IMG/VR virus record: IMGVR_UViG_3300043395_000996
Coordinates: 115,991-179,990 of that record
Length of the DNA: 64,000 nt
Strand: one strand, 5' to 3'
Source of the DNA: a virus
Shown: positions 16,949 to 26,227 of the stretch, piece after piece
Layout: the number at the start of each line of letters is the position of its first letter
Position numbering within the stretch: the first letter of the stretch is position 1
The notes under the pieces: model-generated
Databases searched by the model: none
What the model was told of the DNA's origin: nothing
Seen by the model: only the letters and a program-made list of their open reading frames with translations
Made by a program: the position numbers and the translations under genes

Positions 16949-19900
16949 TTATCTTCCAAACTTAAAAATTCCTAAAATTTGATTTAACGGAGCGAATGTG
17001 CCCGTTAATTTATAAGTATTTCCTTTATAAAAGAATACCAATCCTTCGTTTGGAACTAACTTATCAAATCCACCAATAGCATTTAATCTAGCTAATTCTT
17101 TTTCTAATCTTTTAATTTGAGATTCGCTACCACCACTTCTAATATCAGATATTGATGATTCTAATGATTTTCTAATAGATTGTAATGCTGAATCAGGTTG
17201 AGCAGTTAATACTGAACCCATAAATGATAATACTTCTGCACCTACTCCCAAAAAGATATCTTCAAATTTACGAAGATTTCCTTTCATAATTTTATCTTTT
17301 GCATCTTTATCTACTCCTTCTGCCCATTTTCTAGCATCCTCATCTGCAATTGATTTAATCGTGAATGATTTATTGTCAAACGCCCATCTTCTTGCCAATC
17401 CTTCTTTTTCCAATTGTGCAAGATTCTTTTTAGATTTGTTTACAAAATTCATCCACCAAGCATAGTGATAATCAGCTACACCATCTTTATCACCTAAATT
17501 AAATTCAGATTGTAATTTAGATAGCATACTATTAAATTTGCCTTTTTGAGAACTTAATTTCTCATCTTTTGGTAATTTAGTAATTGGTGGTCCCTGTATA
17601 GTATATTTTGATTGAACATCCGCATTTACCTTTTTAATCATCGATGCCAATTTACTTTCTGCTCCTTTTACTCCACCAATTGCATTTCCTTTTTCATCAT
17701 ATTCTACAACGTTGTGGAACACTAATAGATTTTGTCCATAAGGAATTACATTTGCATTTTCAGGGTAAATTACTTCTAAATTACAAAATGCCGAACCATC
17801 TTTGAATATACTTTGTCTTTCCTTTTCACCCAATCCACTTATTGCAGAATATAAATCTTTCATTGCGAAATTATATGCATCAGCTAAAGCACCTCTACCA
17901 TTGAATTTATCTGCTAATGCTGCTGCATCTAATGCGTTTTCTCCACTATTTGCCAAATGTCCTTTGTTACGAGCCGCAATCAATCTACCATTTTTCCAAC
18001 TTATTGCTAATGCCTGTCCATCGGTTTTTTCTCTAACTACTCCTAAATTACCATCCAAAGCGTTGTTGATAATTTTTTTCAAATCACCAAATGTAAGATT
18101 CATTGAAATATCAAACGGATGATTCATATGCCCATACGCCCCACCTTCCATTATCAATTCTTTTGATTGATTTACGGATTCATTTATAATTGAACCACCA
18201 TTGGTAGTTATGAAGTTTGCTATATCTGCTTCATTTTTTGCAACTACTACTCTCGGATACTTTTGTTTAAGTTTTTGTATGGTTTTTTCAGTATCCTCTT
18301 TATTTTCCATATCAAAATCCCAGCTTCCAACTTTAACATTTGTTTTCAAAAGCCAAGGTACAACTAAAATACTTTCAATTTTAATTTGATTTAAAACTAC
18401 TTCGTTCCAATCCGAATCGTAGTATAAACCATTTGAATTTAGGTATTTATCCTGAAACTCTTTTTTCTTACTCAACATATATCTATCGGCTGCATCAATG
18501 TATTTCTTAATAAATTCAGCTTTTTCTTTATTTGTAGCTGGATTATCATACATATTTTTCTTCCAATCTTCTTTGTATGGTTTTAATTCGGGTGCAAAAT
18601 TAAATACTACATCTTGCTCTCTTCCCAATCCCGAAATTATAGTACCAGGATTTACCCATCTCATTCCTTTTTTATCAGGCTCTGTCCATAAGTCCATTAT
18701 ACTTTGTGCTAATACAGTGCCTGATAATGCTACAATGATACCACCCTTTGTATGCATTCCTTTACCTTGAACAAGCTTTCCCCATTTAGTAGTTTTTGTA
18801 AAAGTAGAAATAGATTTTTGTTTTCCTTGCAATGCATCTACTTGTGGTAAATGTTCAATATCAGTAGCATGTAATGAAGTTGTTCGTATTGGTTCAACTA
18901 TTTTTTTAATAATATTAAGTGAAAGGGGCAATTTACCCAACATACATTTATCATATGCGCTATCTTCCCATTTAACTTCATTTAAGGATTCTTTAAAAGC
19001 AGATGGAGTTTTTATCTTTCTCCAACCTCCTGTAAATCTGAATATTCTAGCAGGTATTGGAAGCGTTGAACCTATTGGAAACTTATGAAAATATTTACTA
19101 TCAATGTGAATTATCTTTGTTATAAATTGATTTGTTTTATTATCAGCACCTATTAATTCTACTTCTATTGGTACTACAACTCCGTTTATTTTAAGATTTC
19201 CAGCATATAATTGACCCTTTGTAAATGCTTCGTTTGTAATTGTTTTAGAAGATGTTTGAAAATCACCTTTTCTCATTATAGTTTTGGCAATAACTTTATT
19301 AGCCATTTTTACAAATGGAATATTGATATCACTTCTACTATCTTTTACTACAATTTGATTGTATTTATCTAATAGATTTAAAAATTCTTTTTTGTGTTTT
19401 GATGCCAATCTTTTAAAAAAGCCAGTTAATTCTGGTTCTGAAATATCTTTACCATTTCTAGCATCGTTTACTCTATCGAAAAAATGTTTACTAAATTCTA
19501 TATCAGCGGGTGATAATTCTCTATCGGCATATCTCTCTACACTATCCAAATCAGCTTTAGCCATCTCTTCGGTTGTTCTGAATGTGGTTGCTTGCTTACC
19601 ATTGATAGTTGGCATTCCGTGGTCATCTTTACCAATATCTTTAACTTGTACTTTTTTGTTTTTGAATTTACCCATCAAAACAACATCACCTTTATCAACA
19701 TCTACATTAACATCTTCGTAAATATGTGAGTTTAATTTACCAAAATCTCTTAAAAGAATTCCGGCTGCTGCATTTGCTTCGTTTTCTACATCTGAACCCG
19801 TAGCACCATCTTCTACTCCACCAATATATCCACTTTGTCTTTGTTTAAGATGAACTAATTCGTGTGCCAATGTTCTTAAAATATCGGGTAAACTTCTATT

Positions 19901-22249
19901 CGTAACATATACATAAATGTTATCAGTATGTGGGTCATATCCACCAAATGATTTGTATAATGTTGCAAATTCATTATCTTTAACTAATTGAATGTTAAAT
20001 GGCATTTTTTCCAACTCCAATCTATGGGTTGCAAATTTAATGAATTCACCTATGGTTTGAGCTTTACTTTTTTTTTGTGCCAAATCTTCTCTCAACAAAT
20101 CCATTGCTGCATTTTTAGCATCCATTTCCGGTTTGTTCTTTTTATATGATTCGATAGATGCCAACATTTGTTCATCTGACATTTTGAATGTTGCCATTCT
20201 CTCACCTATTTTCTTTATTAGGTTCATCATCATATTATGTGGATTAGGTTGGGTTGAATCTACACCTTCCGCAAGTCCGCCCGTTACAATACTCAATGCA
20301 GCACCACCTACGCCGGCTTGAGCCGCATTAGCTCCTACTGCTTCAAATGCAACGTGCTTAACCATATCCTTACCCAAATGTGCGCCAAATCCCCATGCAC
20401 CGTGAGTAAATGCGCTTGTTGCACCATGTAGTGCCGCCTGTCCTATCGTACTTGCAGTAGCTCCGGCGGTTGTAGCCGCTCCGTATGCCGCTGTTCCAGC
20501 TCCAGCTGTCATCATACTAGCACACATAATAGCGGCATCTTTTGCAGTACCAATTAAACCTTTCTTTTGCTCTTGATGTTCATACCAAGACTTTTTAGCT
20601 AATGCCAATTCGTGTTTAGATAAATCTTCTCTGAATACGGGTTCTTTTGTAGTTTTTGGTCTACCTCTCCAATCGGTTGCTTGTACGGGATTACCATTTT
20701 CATCGTGAACATCATGCCCATGCTTATCTTTTTTATAAACAGGCACTTCTTTCATTTTAGAACCCCATCCTTCAGCTGCACTTCCACTTTGTGTATAATC
20801 AGACCAATGTGCTTTTTTGCCCGTTTTAGGGTCTTTTATTGTTCCTAATTTACCCGATGTTGCAAAAGAATATATTCCTTTGCCAAATTCTTTATATTGG
20901 TCAACTTTATGTGCAATCACATGCCCAACTGCTTTACCAACCGCATGTAATTTCTTACCTGTCCAATCGTTTAATTTTGAATACCAACCCTTTCTCATTT
21001 CTGATTCGGGATTATTTGCATCATCAGCCGCTTTTCTATCCTCTTCAGATAAACCAGCTTTTGCTTTATGTAATTTTTCTTTTACTTCGGATGCTGCTCC
21101 ACCTTTTTCTTTTTTCTCTGCCGAAGATTTTAATTCTGCTCCACTTAATTTTTGCTCAGGCGGTGGCGCTTGTTGACCCGGTTGCTCTCCACCATTTGGA
21201 GTTCCATCTATTTTACCCTGTGCGGTTTGTCCTTTTTTAACAGGTTGACCTGGCTGTGCTGGCTTAGCTGATTGAGTTGCCGCTTTTCCCTTTGGTTCAT
21301 TAACCGGTGCATCTTTTGGCCCTACTAATTTAGCGGCTTGAATATGTGCTTCGTGGTCTTTTGGTAATCTCAATGCACCTCTTACAGTAATTTTCTTTTT
21401 CTTACCATCTTTGGAAGTATAACTGATTTCCTTATCCATTATAGGATTTGGTTCTTCTTCTAAAAAATATTCTTCTATGAAATTATCTGCTTCAAATACC
21501 AATTTTGCTATTTGTTCAGCGATAGGGTCATAATAATCATCTTTATTAGAGTATTCTATTTCGTGTCTTGTAGGATGTGGTTCTGGTCTCATTTCTGATG
21601 ATGGGTTTGTATTATTACTTTCCTCAACCGAACCCGTTGGTGCACCATTGATATATCCATTTGGTAAATTTAACCCAACTCCGATTCCACCAGGAAATCC
21701 TTCATTTAACTTTTTTGTAATCATTTTAAAAATATCTTTATCAAATTTTGGATATGCTTTTGTGAAGAATTTTTTTGCAGTTTCTTCATCGCCACCCAAT
21801 CCCTTACGGACATCCGTTCCACTAATAGGATTTGATTCAGGTGGTACTATATAAGTATAACCAATCTCATCGTAACCATATCCAGCTTTACCATTATATG
21901 GTTTAAAGTATTTACCTTGCAATCTATTTGCATCTTTCTCACCTACTGCTGCAATATATTGAGTAGTTTTACCATCAAATTTAGAAAGTACTTCTTTTGG
22001 AGAGTATGGGTTTGCTACTTGTACAATTTTGCTTGGCGGAATACCAAACATTTTACCCATTATGATAACCTTTTCTTTGAAATTAAATGGAGATTTATCG
22101 TTATCCGTTTTATTAGACGTAGCAATATAAACATTATCCTTACCGAATTTAGATACTAACTTCTCATAAGCGGCATAATGCCCTTTATGAAAGGGTTGAA
22201 AACGGCCCGAATATATTACAACGGTCTTTGTTACTTTTGGTTTATCCAC
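16949..22249 (-). CDS. 1766-aa multidomain protein: HIGH nucleotidyltransferase + zincin metallopeptidase + putative RNase + putative ADP-ribosyltransferase + ligase-type nucleotidyltransferase
   Basis: Motifs SGRFQPFHKGH; LAHELVH..ENEAN; FSKHFFDRVNDAR; LHAT/SISTF/WNEVV; EKTDG...EGLVF...YKL. GTG start 23 nt after the late motif. Confidence 0.75.
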   Translation of the reverse strand: MDKPKVTKTVVIYSGRFQPFHKGHYAAYEKLVSKFGKDNVYIATSNKTDNDKSPFNFKEKVIIMGKMFGIPPSKIVQVANPYSPKEVLSKFDGKTTQYIAAVGEKDANRLQGKYFKPYNGKAGYGYDEIGYTYIVPPESNPISGTDVRKGLGGDEETAKKFFTKAYPKFDKDIFKMITKKLNEGFPGGIGVGLNLPNGYINGAPTGSVEESNNTNPSSEMRPEPHPTRHEIEYSNKDDYYDPIAEQIAKLVFEADNFIEEYFLEEEPNPIMDKEISYTSKDGKKKKITVRGALRLPKDHEAHIQAAKLVGPKDAPVNEPKGKAATQSAKPAQPGQPVKKGQTAQGKIDGTPNGGEQPGQQAPPPEQKLSGAELKSSAEKKEKGGAASEVKEKLHKAKAGLSEEDRKAADDANNPESEMRKGWYSKLNDWTGKKLHAVGKAVGHVIAHKVDQYKEFGKGIYSFATSGKLGTIKDPKTGKKAHWSDYTQSGSAAEGWGSKMKEVPVYKKDKHGHDVHDENGNPVQATDWRGRPKTTKEPVFREDLSKHELALAKKSWYEHQEQKKGLIGTAKDAAIMCASMMTAGAGTAAYGAATTAGATASTIGQAALHGATSAFTHGAWGFGAHLGKDMVKHVAFEAVGANAAQAGVGGAALSIVTGGLAEGVDSTQPNPHNMMMNLIKKIGERMATFKMSDEQMLASIESYKKNKPEMDAKNAAMDLLREDLAQKKSKAQTIGEFIKFATHRLELEKMPFNIQLVKDNEFATLYKSFGGYDPHTDNIYVYVTNRSLPDILRTLAHELVHLKQRQSGYIGGVEDGATGSDVENEANAAAGILLRDFGKLNSHIYEDVNVDVDKGDVVLMGKFKNKKVQVKDIGKDDHGMPTINGKQATTFRTTEEMAKADLDSVERYADRELSPADIEFSKHFFDRVNDARNGKDISEPELTGFFKRLASKHKKEFLNLLDKYNQIVVKDSRSDINIPFVKMANKVIAKTIMRKGDFQTSSKTITNEAFTKGQLYAGNLKINGVVVPIEVELIGADNKTNQFITKIIHIDSKYFHKFPIGSTLPIPARIFRFTGGWRKIKTPSAFKESLNEVKWEDSAYDKCMLGKLPLSLNIIKKIVEPIRTTSLHATDIEHLPQVDALQGKQKSISTFTKTTKWGKLVQGKGMHTKGGIIVALSGTVLAQSIMDLWTEPDKKGMRWVNPGTIISGLGREQDVVFNFAPELKPYKEDWKKNMYDNPATNKEKAEFIKKYIDAADRYMLSKKKEFQDKYLNSNGLYYDSDWNEVVLNQIKIESILVVPWLLKTNVKVGSWDFDMENKEDTEKTIQKLKQKYPRVVVAKNEADIANFITTNGGSIINESVNQSKELIMEGGAYGHMNHPFDISMNLTFGDLKKIINNALDGNLGVVREKTDGQALAISWKNGRLIAARNKGHLANSGENALDAAALADKFNGRGALADAYNFAMKDLYSAISGLGEKERQSIFKDGSAFCNLEVIYPENANVIPYGQNLLVFHNVVEYDEKGNAIGGVKGAESKLASMIKKVNADVQSKYTIQGPPITKLPKDEKLSSQKGKFNSMLSKLQSEFNLGDKDGVADYHYAWWMNFVNKSKKNLAQLEKEGLARRWAFDNKSFTIKSIADEDARKWAEGVDKDAKDKIMKGNLRKFEDIFLGVGAEVLSFMGSVLTAQPDSALQSIRKSLESSISDIRSGGSESQIKRLEKELARLNAIGGFDKLVPNEGLVFFYKGNTYKLTGTFAPLNQILGIFKFGR

Positions 22250-22271
22250 TATAAATCCTAAATTATTTGTA

Positions 22272-22280
22272 TATAAATAT
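22272..22280 (-). promoter_or_regulatory. Putative late promoter motif ATATTTATA
   Basis: 23 nt upstream of the 1766-aa gene. Confidence 0.55.
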
Positions 22281-22294
22281 TCTAAAACTTAACT

Positions 22295-22414
22295 TTAGAA
22301 ATTTTTATATACAAATGGGTCTCTTTTTTTAAGTTCTTCTAATTTTTTCTTAATTCTTTTTTTCATTTTATACTTTTCGTATAATTCTTTTAAATATTTA
22401 AATGGATTTATCAT
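22295..22414 (-). CDS. 39-aa basic protein (MINPFKYLKELYEKYKMKKRIKKKLEELKKRDPFVYKNF)
   Basis: Not in the ORF track. ATGA coupling to the upstream stop; fills the intergenic gap exactly. Confidence 0.6.
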   Translation of the reverse strand: MINPFKYLKELYEKYKMKKRIKKKLEELKKRDPFVYKNF

Positions 22415-23847
22415 AATATATCTATTTTTGGTTTACTTATTAAATATTCTCTATTTGTTAGAGCTAAAAAATGATTGTGGTCTAATGATATTTTTTTACT
22501 ACCAATTTTATACATTAATTCTTTATTATGTATTAGTCTTGGTAATAATTGTTTTACCATTTCGGAAAGCTCTTCTATTGAATAACTATTTAATCTTTTA
22601 ATTTCATTAAAAATCATAGATAATCTAATAGATGGGTCTTTTTTCGTATCATATCTTTCATCTATTATTGGATGAAATGTTTTGAACCCCATTTGTTTTA
22701 AAAATTTTAAAGAATTGTATGGGCCAATTAATACAAACGGATGACCATGTACAATTGGTTTCCAAATTTTTTCCGAAAGATATCCACTCTCTTCATAAAA
22801 TAAAGTTTCTGATACAATTGATATTAAAGATTTCATATAAACATCTTTATTTTCAAATCCATATCCCCATACATTTTCTAAATTATCATAATCTATTGTT
22901 CTTGGTGATGTTTGATTTAAATACGAAATAAAATCATTGTATTCATTTATATCCAATTTTCTTTTTAAATCATCTATTACACCATCTGTAATTAAATTAT
23001 AATCATAACTTATAAGATTAGATTCTAACATATTTTCTTTCCAAAGAAAATGCAATACTTCACTTCTATGAGGTCGTATTCTTCTATTAAAATTTAAAAA
23101 TTTAACAGATTTCATATTGAAATTTGCGATATCTTCCATATTAGAAAATGTATAGTTTGTTTTCTTCTCATCTTCTAACCAAAAATTATAATCATCTTGA
23201 TTTGATTTTTTGAAATATTCCTCTGCTTTAGAATTCAATGACCAACAAAAATGAATTAATTTTGGCATAAAATTACCAAAAATTGGTTTCATCATTTGTT
23301 CTAAATGAAAATCATTATGACAAATTATTATTTTATTTGGTGGTAGATTTAAATCCAATAAGCATTTATATAATTTTATTAATTGATTTTTTGATATATT
23401 ACCATCTATTACATAATTAATAACAAGCTTTCCACCATAATCTCTAATTTCTTCTAAAGTTTTTGAAGGAATAAATTTAGAAAATGGTATATTATGAGAT
23501 GTCTTATTCAATCCCAAAAAATTCGCAATATCACCATATGGTTCAATCAAATAATACCAATCGTAACAATTTCCACGTTCTCTTTCTCTAATAATTGCAT
23601 GAACCGAACGTGTTTCTATACCAAAATATCCAGGATTTCCTTCTTCATCATTTAATTGTACGTTAAATCGTGCATTAAATACAGACCAAAGTGCTTTATG
23701 TTTATCTTTAAAATAATTTTCTGATGTATCAAATGTATAATCTGTGTGGTATGCAAAATCCAAATATTTTGGATTTAAGCAATTTGGTACTTCATTGTAT
23801 GGAAATAAAATATCGTAACCAACTACAATTCTTTCATTATTGTTCAT
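22411..23847 (-). CDS. Putative GT-B glycosyltransferase (GT10/fucosyltransferase-like C-terminal motif)
   Basis: FLNFNRRIRPHR, SIVSET, SEKIWKPI and PFVLIG; paralog of 28910..30238. Start moved to ATG 23847. Confidence 0.5.
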   Translation of the reverse strand: MNNNERIVVGYDILFPYNEVPNCLNPKYLDFAYHTDYTFDTSENYFKDKHKALWSVFNARFNVQLNDEEGNPGYFGIETRSVHAIIRERERGNCYDWYYLIEPYGDIANFLGLNKTSHNIPFSKFIPSKTLEEIRDYGGKLVINYVIDGNISKNQLIKLYKCLLDLNLPPNKIIICHNDFHLEQMMKPIFGNFMPKLIHFCWSLNSKAEEYFKKSNQDDYNFWLEDEKKTNYTFSNMEDIANFNMKSVKFLNFNRRIRPHRSEVLHFLWKENMLESNLISYDYNLITDGVIDDLKRKLDINEYNDFISYLNQTSPRTIDYDNLENVWGYGFENKDVYMKSLISIVSETLFYEESGYLSEKIWKPIVHGHPFVLIGPYNSLKFLKQMGFKTFHPIIDERYDTKKDPSIRLSMIFNEIKRLNSYSIEELSEMVKQLLPRLIHNKELMYKIGSKKISLDHNHFLALTNREYLISKPKIDIL

Positions 23848-24379
23848 AATATAATTCAGGATATTCAACTAAACAATGTATTCCACCTTCTCCAATCGCA
23901 TATTCATATGAATTATAAATATCAAATGGCGTTTTTAAATCGTGAAATTCTATATTTTTGCAAAGCGATTTAAATTCTTCGATATAACTTCCTTTATGTT
24001 GATGACCAGGGTCTAATGGTTTATCTGAACCTTTACCTAATCTAATTATAATATTTACTTTTTTATCAGTCATCATTTCGTATTTATCCAAATGATTGAT
24101 TAATTGATTTGTTGCCGAAATGATGAAATCCCAACGAGGATAGAATGTAATAACTCGCTTACCAGTCATTGCTAATCCCAAGCTCATTCCCATTTGTGTT
24201 TCTTCCATCACAGGCACTTCAATCATTTTTTCTTTTGGTACATCTCCTAATGTTGTACTCATAGGATTTCCGGCATAAACTATTTGTTGTCCAATAAAGA
24301 TTGTATCATCCATTTTTGCTAATTTTGTCATAGCATTTGTTAGTGCATCTTTGTATGGAGAATATTGTGGTGTACTCAT
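23837..24379 (-). CDS. ThDP-dependent enzyme, E1-beta / transketolase pyrimidine-binding domain only
   Basis: IFIGQQI, EVPVMEETQMGMSLGLA, NQLINHLDK and DPGHQH motifs; lacks the C-terminal domain. Confidence 0.85.
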   Translation of the reverse strand: MSTPQYSPYKDALTNAMTKLAKMDDTIFIGQQIVYAGNPMSTTLGDVPKEKMIEVPVMEETQMGMSLGLAMTGKRVITFYPRWDFIISATNQLINHLDKYEMMTDKKVNIIIRLGKGSDKPLDPGHQHKGSYIEEFKSLCKNIEFHDLKTPFDIYNSYEYAIGEGGIHCLVEYPELYYEQ

Positions 24380-25218
24380 ATTAATTTATATTTTGCATTT
24401 TCTATATTTTTAATAATGCTATCTGCTATTATTTTATGACATTCCATAGATGGATGTTCATCGTTTGGCGTATTTTCTTCAAAAAATTTTTTATTATTTA
24501 TAATTTCAAATTCAGGTTCAAATTCAATTAAATTTTGAATACATTTAAAAACATTATTATCATATTCTAAATGAATTAATCTTTTTGATAAAAATGTATC
24601 AGTTTTAATATATGGTAAATATTCATCGGTCCAACATAGCAATCTAGTATTTATGTTAAATGCTTCTTCGTAGAGAGATAATTTTTGTTTAATATTTTCA
24701 ATATTTGAAACTATGAAATCAGAATACCATTCTTCAAATGTTAAATCAATACTTTTTAAATATTTACAAAATATATTAAATGTAGCTTTATGAGATGGAT
24801 GATGAATTCCACTTTCAAATACAAATTCTTTATTATCAAAAATTAATTTATATGGATTTCTTAAAACTTGGCTTGTTTGAAATATTATGAAATTAAAATC
24901 TTTTGGTTCAAATTCTAATGGAAACAAATATTCATCTCTATCTAATTTATTTTTTAATCCTAATGTGTTATCGATAAATTCAATAGATAATGTATCTCTT
25001 CCTCCATTATATTTTTGTACTACTTCAAATGTATTAAAGTGATTTGCAACTAGTCTTGGAAAACGTTTGGATTCCATATATTTAATTTGAGCCAAACGTA
25101 AATCCATCATATTAAATTCTGAATTTTTATAAGATAGGTTACTGTTATCTAAATCAGAATAATAATATAATCCTTGTCCCCAAGTAAAAGAACAACCTGC
25201 AAATATTATACCTCTCAT
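24376..25218 (-). CDS. SGNH/GDSL-like esterase or acyltransferase
   Basis: FAGCSFTWGQG nucleophile block and NDEHP. Start moved to ATG 25218. Confidence 0.6.
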   Translation of the reverse strand: MRGIIFAGCSFTWGQGLYYYSDLDNSNLSYKNSEFNMMDLRLAQIKYMESKRFPRLVANHFNTFEVVQKYNGGRDTLSIEFIDNTLGLKNKLDRDEYLFPLEFEPKDFNFIIFQTSQVLRNPYKLIFDNKEFVFESGIHHPSHKATFNIFCKYLKSIDLTFEEWYSDFIVSNIENIKQKLSLYEEAFNINTRLLCWTDEYLPYIKTDTFLSKRLIHLEYDNNVFKCIQNLIEFEPEFEIINNKKFFEENTPNDEHPSMECHKIIADSIIKNIENAKYKLI

Positions 25219-25228
25219 AATTAAAAAA

Positions 25229-26221
25229 TTATGGTTTTGAGTTTGGGTTGTATTGATTTTTATTTTCTTTATACCACTCAATGGTTTCTTTGAGAGCTTG
25301 TTTTAAATCTCTTTTTGGAAACCAACCGGCATCGTTAATTTTCTTTGATGATAATAATCGAACCGGAATCATTGGTGCCTTATTGTTCACATATTCAATT
25401 GGATTGGTATTTCCATCTATTTCTTTAATCCAACCCAATACTTCATTCACACTAAATCCTTCACCATATGCAACGTTGAAGATATTAAATGTATCGTTGT
25501 TTTCAGCAACCCAAATAAATCCATCTGCCATATCTTCAACGTGTAATAAATCTCTTACTTCCGTACCATCACCCCAAACTGGGATTGGATTTAAACCATC
25601 TGCTACTTTACGAATATTTGCAGGAGTAACGTGGCACTTTTCAAAATCAAATTTATCATTAGGGCCGAATGCATTTGAAGGTCTAACAATCAAACACTGC
25701 ATTGGGTTATGAATTTGATGTGAGAAATAATCACATAATAATTCACCATATCGTTTCATATTACCAACTGCACCATAGATAGGAAATGTAGGTGTTGCAT
25801 GAACATTAATATCTTCAGTACAAAACTCATCCTTCATATCTGGATAGACAGTGTTAGATGAAATAAATAAGAATTTACCAACTTTATTTCTCCAACTTTG
25901 TTCCATTAAGTTTACGTTCATCTCCACATTTGGAGTAACGTGTAAAAGTGGATTTTCTTTTGTATCCAATGCGTTTGATGTGTTTGCTGCACAATGAAAT
26001 ACTACATCAACTCCTTCCGAAACTTCAGCACAAAATTTAGCATCTTGTAAGTTTCCTTTATATAATGGAATGTTTTCACATCCCTCAAAATCATTTCTCA
26101 ATCCTCTACTATGAGAAGTTGCACGTAAATTGGTGTAACCCTTCTGATGTAATAATCTTAATAAATGTGAACCAATAAATCCGCTTGCACCTGTAACTAA
26201 AATTTTGTCTGTTTTTTTCAT
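25229..26221 (-). CDS. NAD(P)-dependent sugar epimerase/reductase (GDP-L-fucose synthase-like SDR)
   Basis: TGASGFIG, YGAVGNMKR, RPSNAFGP and WGDGTEVRDLLHVED motifs. Confidence 0.85.
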   Translation of the reverse strand: MKKTDKILVTGASGFIGSHLLRLLHQKGYTNLRATSHSRGLRNDFEGCENIPLYKGNLQDAKFCAEVSEGVDVVFHCAANTSNALDTKENPLLHVTPNVEMNVNLMEQSWRNKVGKFLFISSNTVYPDMKDEFCTEDINVHATPTFPIYGAVGNMKRYGELLCDYFSHQIHNPMQCLIVRPSNAFGPNDKFDFEKCHVTPANIRKVADGLNPIPVWGDGTEVRDLLHVEDMADGFIWVAENNDTFNIFNVAYGEGFSVNEVLGWIKEIDGNTNPIEYVNNKAPMIPVRLLSSKKINDAGWFPKRDLKQALKETIEWYKENKNQYNPNSKP

Positions 26222-26227
26222 AATTAA

